From assembly GCF_006345805.1 (NCBI RefSeq), contig NC_042997.1, positions 44,392,001-44,456,000 on the forward strand: a stretch of DNA of 64,000 nucleotides, written 5' to 3'. Below are positions 22,769 through 35,797 of this stretch, piece by piece. Under the pieces are notes generated by a model, which saw only the letters and a program-made list of their open reading frames with translations, was not told the origin of the DNA and ran no database searches. Position numbers and translations under genes: made by a program. Position 1 is the first letter of the stretch; every line of letters starts with the position of its first letter. This DNA is from Octopus sinensis (taxonomy: Eukaryota).

Positions 22769-24396
22769 TTTCTCACCTTCCTGAGCATTAAACTATATAC
22801 CAGTTTGTTGTTTATTCCCCTGTCTTCGTCTTTTGGTTTTCTGTAAATTTCAACTATATATGTATATATTTACTGGTAGTAATATCTGTCATTGATCAGG
22901 TAATTCCTTTTACTCTTTCTTGGGAGCCACATTCAAAGTATTGTTATACATATAATTTACTTCTCCTATATGTGTGTATTTTATAAGAGAAAAACATGTA
23001 ATAATTGTAGTAGAAAAAAGATAAATTTCATGCATGAACTTCTGTTTGTTTATATGATTATAACAAGTGAGTTGTATGTGTTATTTTATTTATCAATACA
23101 TTAATGGCAATTATATGATACACTTCATTTAAATAGATAATTTAATTGTTCTTGAATATGATGATAGTAATGGCAAATTAAGGCACTGAAGTATTCATGT
23201 TGCATTAAAAGTGAATATATCTTTATAAGCAATGTTTTTTGTTTTATTTCAGAGTGCACAAGCAAAAAGATTTGGCCATGTGAAAGTATGATTCTTCAAG
23301 TTGCAATCTAGTAAATTTTAGTGTTTGGCTCTGACTTTTATTAATGCTCATGGTAAAAGAAACTCGGATAGGGAACTGTAACCACTTAATTTGGAATGGG
23401 ACATTAAATAGTATAATTGGTATGTGAGGAATGAAGATGGTTTCACCTTTACCACAATCAGTGAGAATATTTGCCTCAACGCAGTTCTTCATAAGTTTGT
23501 TCACAACTAGTCTTGTACCAATGCATAATTTTAGTTGAGACAAATTATGCAATAACATAATAGGAGACCCTTCCTACAGCTGAAGACAACGAGGAGCTGT
23601 ACCTGGTGATTCTAGTGAGTTCAAAAACTCGATGGAGTGGTTAACACTATCCTGATCATCAACAACACTGTCAATTGAGTTATAAGTGAATACTTCTCCT
23701 GCAAGTTTATTCAATAGCATATTATTAATGTTATTTACAGCAACATTTTTTTGAACTAGGATAGCTCGCTCACAGCTCTGATCTGTATTGTTGTGATTAT
23801 AAAGAATAGTTGGTAAGATTTCAGCCACCAAATCATTGATGGAATCAGCTGAATTACATATTGGATTGAGTGTAAGAAACTGTTCTTCATCAATTGCAGC
23901 GAGTTTCAAAAGCTGCTCTGCAAATAGTTCAGCTGATTGATCTCTTGAAAGCCTCAATCTCATATTTGTCGAAAGTTGAAGTGTTTCCACATGGTGCCAT
24001 AATACAGAAGACATTATCGAAGCATTGTGCTCATCTACTTTCGTTCCTCTTGGAACAACTGGTAGTGTTTGTCGGAAGTCTCATGGAATTACAATTTCTA
24101 ATGTCTCGTAATGTTCTGTCCACAGCTTCAAAAGCTTTTTTGTGGGACATGATACATTCATCCCAGACAAGTGACATCTTTGTATTAGTTCACCCATTCC
24201 AGAATTTTTAGACATATGACAAACTGGATCTTCTTTGTTAGATAAATCTAAAGGTAACTCGAATGGGCAGTTTGATCTCTGGGTAGTAATGTTGCTGCAA
24301 TCCCAGAAGCAGCAGTTGCTAAAGCTATTTTATTTTCTTGATGAACTTTAGCCAGGAGAAGTTTAATTACTAATGTCTTCCCAGTACTTCCTAGAG

Positions 24397-24615
24397 CAGT
24401 GGTTTTTAACCAGGGTTCCGTGGAACCTTAGGGTTCCACCAGTACAGTCCAGGGGTTCCGCAAGAAGTTATAAAACTGCTAAAATCGGCAGTAATTTTTA
24501 ATTCTCCTGTGCAGATATGTGTGCATAAGCCTATTAAATTATTGCACAGGGGTTCCTCGAGCGAGTGGAATGTTTCCTTGTGGTTCCGCTCCAGCAAAAA
24601 ATTTGAAAAGCACTC
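24397..24615. mobile_element. hAT-type MITE inserted into the Helitron Walker A motif
   Basis: TIR CAGTGGTTTTTAA / TTGAAAAGCACTC; 8-bp TSD TCCTAGAG / TCCTAGGG. Confidence 0.85.
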
Positions 24616-25780
24616 TCCTAGGGCATCTAAAAAATAAAGTCCTCTTATGTTATTGTTAATTCTTTCTATGACAGTGGAATATGCACGATGTTGATCAGGT
24701 GGAAGCTTGCGAAGATTATCATTTATGTCTATGGCCAGTTTCTCCATATCACAGGAAATTTCTCTCATTATTTCAGTGGACAGACTGTTAAGATCCCTTC
24801 TGTTAGTTAGTGCGAGACCTGGCAGCGGCAACCAGTTCTTTGTTTGCTCTGAACAACAACGCTGCTAATCGCTCGCTTCCAGCATGGGTGCCTTTAAGGT
24901 GTCATTGAGTACTACTACTACTACTACTACTACTACTATGACTACTCAATGCTGTTTGCCTGCAAAATAATTTGATCTTCTATTTCATAGCACCAGTGAA
25001 ACCAATATCTTGCTCAGGATAACTCAACTGAACTTGGTGTTTGAAATCTTCAGCAAGATCATTTCTGAACTTATTCCACAGTTCAGCAGGACTACTTACT
25101 TCACAATTTTTGAGAATAATAGCAAAAAGACTTCTTAAACTCTTTGGTGATTTTGATATTGAAGCTTCTTCCAGCATTGCTTCCCAATACTGATCGTTTG
25201 CAAGCAAATCTAACTTCAAACATGCTTCTCGATATATTCTGCAAATCTCACCATCAACTTCTTTCAAACTTTTCCATGAAGTTGGTCCTCTTTTTACATG
25301 AACAAGGATTCTGAGGTGAAAGCATTCATTTTCATCAGGATGCATAGTAAATAGTCTACCAATTATTGTCCCAAATTTAATCCCAGAATGACCTTGAACC
25401 TTTTTACCTATTTTGCACCTACTCCATTTATTACTACTCCACATGTAATAAGAACCTCATGATTGTTCCCCCAACAAAGATTGAAAAAGGCTGTTAAAGT
25501 GGTATCCTTTGGATTTGAAACTTGATTTGCAGTTGTCTCAGCAGTGAAGTAAACTCTTTGACCATTTTCTAAATGCAGAGAAAATTGTTGAATGGCTGGG
25601 TACCTTTCATACATTGAGAATCCAAATATCTGCCAGAAGGCCTCATTACAGCTTATGTATCTTCCTAATTAGTATTGTTTAACTTCGTCGTTAGTGTTTT
25701 CCTGAATGGCGAAAGAAGCAGCATCCCTGATTATATTTATGTTTTTGCATACATACTTTATGCTCTTCATGGAGTTATAG

Positions 25781-26166
25781 TGGAAGCACTCCGTCGGTTC
25801 CGACGATGAGGGTTCCGGTTGATCGAAATGAACGGAACAGCCTGCTCATGAAATTAACGTGTAAGTGGCTGAGCACTCCACAGACACGTGTACCCTTAAC
25901 GTAGTTCTCGGGGATATTCAGTGTGACACAGAGAGTGACAAGGCCGGCCCTTTGAAATACAGGTACAACAGAAACAGGAAGTAAGAGTGAGAGAAAGTTG
26001 TGGTGAAAGAGTACAGCAGGGATCACCACCATCCCCTGCCGGAGCCTCGTGGAGTTTTAGGCGTTTTCGCTCAATAAACACTCACAACGCCCGGTCTGGG
26101 AATCGAAACCATGATCCTATGACCCCGAGTCCGCTGCCCTAACCACTGGGCCATTGCGCCTCCACG
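25781..26166 (-). mobile_element. Family B SINE in the Helitron Rep region
   Basis: TSD GGAGTTATAG(T) on both sides. Confidence 0.9.
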
Positions 26167-27247
26167 GAGTTATAGTACTCTGCATTGATATGAGCATTGA
26201 AAGTCTTTGACAGAAATGGGCAATAAGAAACTGTCCATCAATTGTCTACTTCACGATTTCCATCTTTGGCTCACTCTCATCCATCTTCTGCTTTCCTTCT
26301 TCTCTACATGGGATATCCATTGTAACCAAATTGAGCATGATAAATAAAATTCTTTGGATAATTTTTTGTGCATTTCCCTTCCTTCATGCATGGTGACTTA
26401 GGGCTTTGAGCACCACAAGGATCATGAATAATATGAGATATCACAATGTCACAGAGTGTCCGATCAATGGTAGAATCAGGAATTTCAGCCAAAATTATAG
26501 AATCAGTTTGATTTGAGTTAATTTTTGTCCATAGCGAAAGTAAAATATGGGCATGAGGTAATTCCTTTTTCTACCATTCCACTGTATACATGGAACAGTG
26601 AACTTCCTCAAAGATATATGATTTTGAAAAGAGGTGCATCATCTTTTTTAATTTTAAGTGAAAAACCAATGCTATGAGATCATGTCTCTATGACGTGCTC
26701 ATTGATCAAGAAAAATGCCAAGTATTTCAGGCCATTTCGGGTTACATGTAAAAGTTATAACTTAATCTGGTCTAATATATTTTCGTACGTATGTCATGGC
26801 ATCTTGTGTTCTTTCATGCATATAGTGGGGTCCACTTGTGAAGCTTGAGGGAAGGATGCACTATTGCTCCAGATTATTTCCATACCCATCATTATTTATG
26901 CTGTCCTGTAAGTGAGTGTATGAAGCAACCCAAAGCTGTTCTAGTGTGTTCTTACATAGGTGAGTCTTTCTGATTCAATCTTGGCAAACATGTCAACAAC
27001 AAATTATTGAAATAAATCCCTACTTCAATGCAACAAATTAAAACTGAAGGGTCTAAGAATAAGATGAAATGCATAAGAATCCACACACAATACAGTTTTT
27101 CTAGAATTTTCTCCTGCCTGAGGAATACCAAAGTGATATCCATCTGCTTCATATGCAAAAAGCAATGTGTACTGTAGAGCATCATAGGAGCGATGTGTAT
27201 CACTTACCTGTTGAATGGAACAATCTCTACACTCTATAATTATATAC

Positions 27248-27476
27248 CTATTTCTTTACTACCCACAAGGAGCTAAACACAGAGAGGACAAACAAGGACA
27301 AACGGATTAAGTCGATTATATCGACCCCAGTGCGTAACTGGTACTTATTTAATTGACCCCGAAAGGATGAAAGACAAAGTCAACCTTGGCGGAATTTGAA
27401 CTCAGAACGTAACAGCAGACAAAATACAGCTACGCATTTCGCCCGGCGTGCTAACGTTTCTGCCAGCTCGCCGCCT
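27248..27476 (-). mobile_element. Meta-domain SINE, full length, inside the Helitron
   Basis: GGCGGCGAGCTGGCAGAAACGTTAGCACGCCGGGCG head through AAAGAAATAGG tail. Confidence 0.85.
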
Positions 27477-30400
27477 TGTATAATAATATACCATTTTCCA
27501 GTTTGTTCCCCTGCTAAAATTATAGCAACCTCATTAGTGTCTGTTGCATTGAAGCGCTGTGAATGCTCAGTTGGGGGCCTTCCATCAGAATTGATCACCA
27601 ACTGAAAATGTCTGCTTAGTGTATTATCAAAGATACATTTGAAACTCCTGATATAATTATTATTGTTATGAAGCATTCGTTGAAGTTATTGTATTACGTC
27701 AAAGTGAAGCCCTTCATTAAGATCATACCTTGTTTCAGCTTGTTTTTGCATATTGTTAATGAAATAAACTTGTAAAAATTTATGGTCTTCATTTTCTAGT
27801 GGTAAAATACTACCAACTCAATGATATACTTGGCCTTGGATTTTAAATGGCATGAATCCTCCTTCATCCACAATATTTGCTCCAAATGAAGTCATTTGGA
27901 TAGCATTATAATAGTGTTGTATTTTTTGTAGAAAATGCTTTGAAATTGTTCCGTGAAAAAAAATTTTCAGTTCTTCAGGAGGGTCAGGATAAAAAGGTAG
28001 CATAATTTTCCCTCTCGCCAGCTCTGTCTGGCACCTGTGCAGGTGGCACGTAAAAAGCACCCACTACACTCACGGAGTGGTTGGCGTTAGGAAGGGCATC
28101 CAGCCGTAGAAACACTGCCAGATCTGACTGGGCCTGATGAAGCCTTCCAGCTTCACAGACCCCAGTTGAACCGTCCAACCCATGCTAGCATGGAGAACGG
28201 ACGCTAAATGATGATTGCAGCATAATCCGGGTGGTTCATTTAACCATTTTTTTATCACCACATTAATAGCATTGGCAAGACATTGAGCCAATTTCAGATT
28301 CATTAGCAATGATTGGGGTTGTAATTGCTGACATGACCGACCTTCGTTGTGCCTGATCCGGTCATTTTCATGTTTATTTGCAGTTTTTTGTGGTGTTTTT
28401 TGCATGTGATGTGATGCTCTTCGAAGACATCCAACTGCAAGTCATGCATTTCTTTTGTCTTAGTTTTCCTGCTGCACATGGAGCTGCCATTCTTTGTTGC
28501 CTATCTGCATGTTGTGCATTTCTTTGATGTTCGATTTCAGATGCACATCAAACTTTCTTTCTTTGTTGATCATCTGCAAGCCGTGTGTGAATCTCATCTT
28601 CATTTTCTGCTGCATGGCAAGGTGCCATTCTTTGTTGGCTGTCTGCACATTGTGCATTCCATTGATCTTCGTTTTCTGCTGCACATCAAGCTGCCATTCT
28701 TTGTTGATCCCCTGCAAGCTGTGCATGCCTCTCATCTTCATTTTGTGTGTTTCTTTGGTGTTCATTTTTTGACACTCTTTTTTAGGAGACTTTTTTTTAA
28801 TAAGGAATATCAGTATGTAATAAAGTCAAATGAAGTTACAAATGCTGTCTCCTGTCTGTGTTAGTGCTGAATTTCTGATGCTTTATTACAGGAATGCAAG
28901 GCAAGGTGTTGTGTGCAATAGAGAAGTTTAACTGTAGCAGTTGGCAGTTAAAGTGAAGCAGATCTGTAAGTTGGAATGCATGTTGTTGGTGTGAATTGTC
29001 TTTTTGTGAGTGTGACAATGTTTTTTGTTTCCCTGTCAAGTTCTGTCTGTGTGTGTGTCATGCATCTTGCTTTGCTATCGGGTTCTCTCTGCCTATCTCA
29101 AAGAAGTTTGTATACCTATAACTGAACTGACAAGCTAGAAAAATAGCTACATCATATAGAACAATCATCATCATCATCATCATCGTTTAACGTCCGTTTT
29201 CTGCGCTAGCATGGGTTGGACGGTTCAACTGGGGTCTGGGAAGCCCAAAGGCTGCACCAGGCTCCAGTCTGATCTGGCAGAGTTTCTACAGCTGGATGCC
29301 CTTCCTAACGCCAACCACTCCACGAGTGTAGTGGGTGCTTTTTACGTGCCACCTGCACAGGTGCCAGGGGGGTCTGGCATCGGCCACGATCAGTTGGAGC
29401 TTTTAATGTGCCACCAGCACGGGAGCCAGCCAAGGCGGCACTGGCAATGGCCACGTTCGGATGGTGCTTTTTATGTGCCATCGGCACAGAAGCCAGTCGG
29501 GGCGGCGCTGGCATCGGCCATGTTCGGATGGTGCTTTTTATGTGCCACTGGCACAGGTATCACAACTACTATAGCTTTATCAAATCCAGGTGACTGTGTG
29601 ATGGCACTGAAAATGCCACAGGTGAAGTGGAACACCCATTTATCACCCATGTTCCTTTTGACATTTGAATAGGCTGTACACCCATGAAGAGTTTTAAGCT
29701 TGAGTTTTGAATCTGAACCAGGGGGAGACAACCTCTACAGTTTTTGTTGTTGTAAACTTCATTTTGATGGACAAACAAACAGTCATATAGAACAATAGCT
29801 TTATCGAATCCAGGTCACTCATTATCTGAGTGAATTGCTATGGCACTGAAAAGGTCACAGGTCACGTGGAACACCCATTTGTCAAGGTTTCTTTTTTCAG
29901 TTTCAAATCTGAACCAGGGTGAGACTACTCCTCCAGATTTGCTGTCTTTACTTTCATATTGACGGACAAGCAGACAGCAATTCCATTTTATATATATAGA
30001 TAATCATCATCATTTAATGCCCATTGTCAATGCTGGCATGCTGGAAGGCTGCACCCAGTCTGATTTGGCATGGTTTTCTATGGATGGATGCCTTTCATAC
30101 CACCAACCACTCCAAGAGTGTAATGGGTGCTTTTATGTGCCACTGGCATGGGTACCATTTGCATGACACCGGTATCTGCCATGAATGCTATTTTGCTCAG
30201 CTTGATGAGTTTTCTTCTCAAGCGTGACATAATGCCAAAAGGTATTGGTCATTGCCTCCATGAGGCCCAACTTATATATATCATCATCATTGCCGTTTGC
30301 CAGCTCCGTCTGGCACCTGTGCGGGTGGCACGTAAAAAGCACCCACTACACTCACGGAGTGGTTGGCGTTAGGAAGGGCATCCAGCTGTAGAAACACTGC

Positions 30401-31048
30401 CAGATCTGACTGGGCCTGATGCAGCCTTCTGGCTTCACAGACCCCAGTTGAACCGTCCAACCCATGCTAGCATGGAAAGCGGACGCTAAATGGTGATGAT
30501 GATGAAGTTCGCTCTGTGGATATATATATATAAATATATATACATATACTATAAATATATCTATCTATCTGTCTATATATATGTATGTATATGAATATAT
30601 ATATGTATACACATACTCACACATACATATATGATGTGTGTATAAATATATAGGCGTGTGTGGATGTGTATGCATGTGTGTGTATGGGTGATGTATGAGT
30701 GTGTCTGTGTGTTTGTCCCCAAGTGCTGTGAACTTAAGTTGGTTTGTTTCCATACCTTTGATTTAACGCTTCAATCAAAGAGACTTGACACAATCAGTGC
30801 AAAACTTTAAAAAAAGCTATCTAATTCCTGGGGTTGAGGGGTTGATTTGTTTGACGTAATTCTTTAAGGGAGTGTTGCAGCATGGCTGCAGTCCAATCAC
30901 TGGAACAAGTGAAAGGTAAACAACATGAATACCTTCGTACACACATACATAACTACCTACAGATATAATCAGCAAAGAATCCACAGGTTTGAAAAAAAAG
31001 GCACTCATCTATATTTGTTAATACTGTATATTAATTAATTATACAGTA

Positions 31049-31445
31049 CTAACAGTATCGCTCGGCGTTGCTTGGGTTTGTAAGGGAAATAACTATATAA
31101 GCATTTTTAGAGAGTTATAGCAAAAAAATAGCAAAAAAATGCATTAAAAATGGAAAAAAAATTATGGTAAATTTTTTTTTAAATCGTTGACTCATCGTAG
31201 ACATTTTTAGAGAGTTACTTCCCTTATATAATAGCGAAAAAAATGCATTAAAATGGAAAAAAATAATGGTAAATTTTTTTTTAAATCATAGACTCATCGT
31301 AGACGTGCGCTAATACCCAGAAGGGCTCAATATGGATCACGACTATAAGATACCCGGTTTTGGTTAAACTGCACCGCAAAATGTGGGAGTAGTTAAGAAT
31401 CTAAATCGTAGGAGACAGACACACAACTTCACTTTTATATATACA
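31049..31445 (-). mobile_element. Non-autonomous Helitron
   Basis: Same termini as the 15221-15733 copy; internal tandem duplication. Confidence 0.8.
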
Positions 31446-31837
31446 GTATTATAGATCCATTACAGCCAATCCCACTGATCAGTTTAACATTGATGAAGAG
31501 CATGTATGTTAGATAGCCACCCTGTTATATAATATCCAGTTGTCTAATACCTGGTGTGAAACTGATTAATAAGATCAGCTTTAATGTATCTATAACACAG
31601 TATTGTTTGATTAAAATGTATATGGAAATATATGTAGGATGAAAATGGTGATGAGTGATGATGCTCTTTATATACATACAGAGCAAATTTTTGACCATTA
31701 GGAAGGACATCCAGTTGTAGAAACCATACCAAAGCAGAAAGTAGGGATTGGTGCAGTCTTCTCATATGCCAGTTCCTGTGGAACCATCCAGGTCATGCCA
31801 TCATATTGATGATTATGATGATGATGATGATAATATA

Positions 31838-32058
31838 TATGATGGGGTGCTGAAAAGTTCCTGGCTTTGGGAACTAGAAAATACAGGAGGACCAAGTAAT
31901 TATGATTTTATCCAACATATTCCCCTCTCAGGTTCACACACTTTTTGCAGTGGTCCTTCAGTTCTTCTAAGCCCTGTAAAGGAACTCAGAAAGTTGGGCT
32001 TCCAATAAGGCCTTTTGTGATACCCTTAAAGCTAGAAACTTTTCAGCTCTTCCTTGTA
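31838..32058. mobile_element. Mariner-type MITE (second copy)
   Basis: GGGGTGCTGAAAAGTTCCTGGC TIR; colinear with 18372-18589. Confidence 0.8.
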
Positions 32059-32219
32059 TATAAGCAGGCGTATTAGTTTGATGCTCAGGAAGAATGGAAA
32101 AGGGTTTTGACATTTTGAGCCTATACTCTTTGACAGAAAGGGATGAGAGGGGAAAAATGGAGAGAGGATGAAAAAACTAAGAAAGAAAAAAATGTGTAGG
32201 GCTTATATATTATATTTAA

Positions 32220-32603
32220 CTAGCAGTATCGCCCGGCGTTGCTCGGGTTTGTAAGGGAAATAACTATATAAGCATTTTTAGAGATGTAAAGTAAAATAGC
32301 CATCTCAATATGGCTAACCACAAAGGGGGGGTGTTACTGTAGCTTTTTACGTTCTGAGATTTAATAATACATTTTTAGAGAGTTACTTCCCTTATATAAT
32401 AGCGAAAAAATGCATTAAAAATGGGAAAAAACTATGGTAAATTTTTTTTTAAATCGTAGACGTGCGCTAATACCCAGAAGGGCTCAATATGAATCACGAC
32501 TATAAGATACCGCTTTTGGTTACACTGCACCGCAAAATGTGGGAGTAGTTAGGAATCTAAATCGTAGGAGACAGACACACAACTTCACTTTTATATATAA
32601 AGA
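32220..32603 (-). mobile_element. Non-autonomous Helitron
   Basis: A|TC...CCCGAGCAACGCCGGG..CTAG|T termini intact. Confidence 0.88.
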
Positions 32604-33471
32604 TTAGCAGAAAGTTACAAGAGTAATTCACAGACCAAGTGTTTCACACATAGTACTTACCAAACTGTAAGTCTGATAACTGCCATGCATGAAACTGTTG
32701 GCATTTGAAACCCTGATGTAACTTTCTACCAACTTTCCTAACTTACTCTAACGATTTCATCGGGACATGTCATGGGATAATGCACATATTGTGAATATAG
32801 TTATTATGTAAGTTATGGCCATCTTGCAACAGATATTTAAGTAAAACTTTTCTTAATTTTTCTCTTTTGTTTTGTTTTTTCTTTATTTTGTAATCTGAAA
32901 TTTGTGCTCCATGTAAACATATGTCTAAAGCCCAATGATGTTTATCTACCTTACTATCATAAATGCAGTAACAAAATTTGCCTAATGGGTGCAAACCCAG
33001 GTCCAAAATGTTTTAGAAACAAGGTCAATTTTTTTTCAGTTTTAATACACTCACGGAGTGGTTGGCGTTAGGAAGGGCATCCAGCCGTAGAAACACTGCC
33101 AGATTTGACTGGGCCTGATGAAGCCTTCTGGCTTCACAGACCCCTGTAGAACCGTCCAACCCATGCTAGCATGGAAAACGGACGCTAAAAAATGATGATG
33201 ATGATGATGAATACCAAAACAAACACTGGTATAATAATAATAATGATAGTTTCAAATTTTGGCCCAAGGCCAGCAATTTTGGAGATGGGGCTCAGTTGAT
33301 TGAATCGGCCCCAGTGTTCAACTGGTACTTATTTTATCGACCCTGAAAGGATGAAAGGCAAAGTCAACCTCAGCAGAATTTGAACTCAGAACACAGGGAA
33401 AGACAAAATGCTACTAAACATTTTGCCAAACATGCTATAGATTATACCAGCTGGCCATCTTAGGTATATTG

Positions 33472-33512
<41 letters not shown>

Positions 33513-33902
33513 CCTTTCTACTATTGGCACAAAGCCTGAAATTTAGGTGGATGGGGTTAAGTTGATTACATCGACCCCAGTACTCAACTGGTACTTAACT
33601 AATCGACCACTAAAGGAAAAAAGCAAAGTTGGCCTCAGTGGAATTTGAACTCAGAACATAGCAATGGCATAATAATGATGATGATGATGATGATGATGAT
33701 AGTAATAATAACAAATAACCACAAAACAAGAGCAAAACAAAAAAACTGTTTTCTGTCTCTAAGGAAGCTGAAAAATACAAGAAAGACAGCATAGTGACCT
33801 GACACCTATGAAGAAAATGAAGAAACAATTTTAAGGTGTGCTTGCACCTCTGATCCTGGGCCTATGTTTACTACCTCTCTTTCTCTCTCTCTCTATATAT
33901 AG

Positions 33903-33941
<39 letters not shown>

Positions 33942-35542
33942 TATAGATATATATATAGAGAGAGAGAGGCGCAGGAGTGGCTGTGTGGTAAGTAGCTTGC
34001 TAACCAACCACATGGTTCTGGGTTCAGTCCCACTGCGTGGCATCTTGGGCAAGTGCCTTCTGCTATAGCCCCGGGCCGACCAATGCCTTGTGAGTGAATT
34101 TGGTAGACGGAAACTGAAAGAAGCCTGTCGTATATATGTATATATATATGTATGTGTGTGTGTCTGTGTTTGTCCCCCTAGCATTGCTTGACAACCGATG
34201 CTGGTGTGTTTACGTCCCCGTCACTTAGCGGTTCGGCAAAAGAGACCGATAGAATAAGTACTGGGCTTACAAAGAATAAGTCCCAGGGTCGAGTTGCTCG
34301 ATTAAAGGCGGTGCTCCAGCATGGCTGGAGTCAAATGACTGAAACAAGTAAGAGTAAGAGTAAGAGTAAGAGAGAAAGAGAAAGAGAAAGGGAGAGCCCA
34401 AGGACTGGTTGCTTGGGTGCTAGGCTCATGATCTTTAGGTCATGGTTACAGGGAAGCTTATCGGGCTGAGTAATGCAATTGTGTCCTTGAAGAAGACTCT
34501 TCATTTCACTGACCACATGTGCCATTTACAAATAATACAAATCCTTCAATGGACTGATGTCCTGTCCAAGGTGGAGTGCAAGTCTGGTACTCTCAATCAT
34601 ATTTGAAATGCCATAGAAATGAGGATAAGCTTTGGTTGTATTCAAAGCAAGCTTTCTCTTTTTACATTATGTACATCCATACAAACACATACATATGATA
34701 AGTATGTGTGTATGTATGTAATATATATACATATCTTTATTTTTTACTTATTTCATTCATGGGACTGCAGTTGTGCTGGGGTCACCACCTTTATATATGA
34801 ATATATATTTGGTTGGCTCAAGGCTATAGTAGAAGACACTTGCCCAAGGTGCCATGTAGTGAAGTGAACTCGGAACTATGTGGTTGGGAAGCAAACTTCT
34901 TACCTGAGCCACACCTGTGGTATCAGCAAATTTCATATATATATATATGTACATATATATATATAATCATCTATATATCATATATCTGAAAAAGAAGCAT
35001 AATCTAAAGCATATGTATTATGTATTTATAGATTGACCAATATTTTGCATCTATAAAACATTAAGCCTTTTATAGATGTGAAATCATTGGTCACTCTATG
35101 ACCAGACATATACTTAACTGCATATATATATATGGCACATAAGAGAACCATTGGAATGTGGCCGTTGCCAGCGCCGCTCCGACTGGCTTCATGCCGGTGG
35201 CCTGTAAAAAGCACCATCTGATCGTGGCCGTTTGCCAGCCTCGTCTGGCACCTGTGCCGGTGGCACGTAAAGAGCACCCACTACACTCACGGAGTGGTTG
35301 GCGTTAGGAAGGGCCTCCAGCTGTAGAAACACTGCCAGATCAGACTGGGCCTGGTGCAGCCTACTGGCTTCCCAGACCCCAGTTGAACCGTCCAACCCAT
35401 GCTAGCATGGAAAGTGGACGCTAAACGATGATGATGATACATATATATATATATATAAATAAGGATAAGATTGTTATTTAAATATAAATCTTATCAGGTG
35501 GCCAGCATGGGAATAAAAACCTTCAAGGGTAATAATTATTAT

Positions 35543-35718
35543 TAAAATTATAATTTAGGGATTCTAATAGAGACCACCACGCTGGAAATAGTAGACAAAA
35601 CTTGACTCTAAAACCACATTAAATGTTCATATGAACATTTAATGTGGTTTTAGAGTCAAGTTTTGGTTGCTATTTCCAGTGTGGTGATATCTCTTACATA
35701 CCCTAAATTATAATTTTA
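35543..35718. repeat. Spacer-less palindrome (88-bp arms; central 70 bp perfect) within a (TA)n-bounded element (35455-35718)
   Basis: Centre GTTCAT|ATGAAC at 35630/35631; 35596-35665 is a perfect palindrome. Confidence 0.95.
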
Positions 35719-35759
35719 TATATATATATAATTATATATATATATATATATAATATATA

Positions 35760-35796
<37 letters not shown>

Positions 35797-35797
<1 letters not shown>

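Larger units (their letters stand above)
22873..30000 (-). mobile_element. Autonomous Helitron (RepHel), decayed, with nested insertions
   Basis: Putative 5' end A|TCTATATAT at 30000; ~23-aa N-terminal repeats (28.46-28.76 kb); YYNAIQMTSFGA; ITFTCNPKWPEI; VEW*KKELPHAHIL (HUH); SIKYVCKN; LHLENGQRVYF; GPTSWKSLK; Walker A LDALG/STGKT; LSTNMR; MSINKSQSQTL; decayed 3' hairpin and CCAG|T at 22873. Confidence 0.9.
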
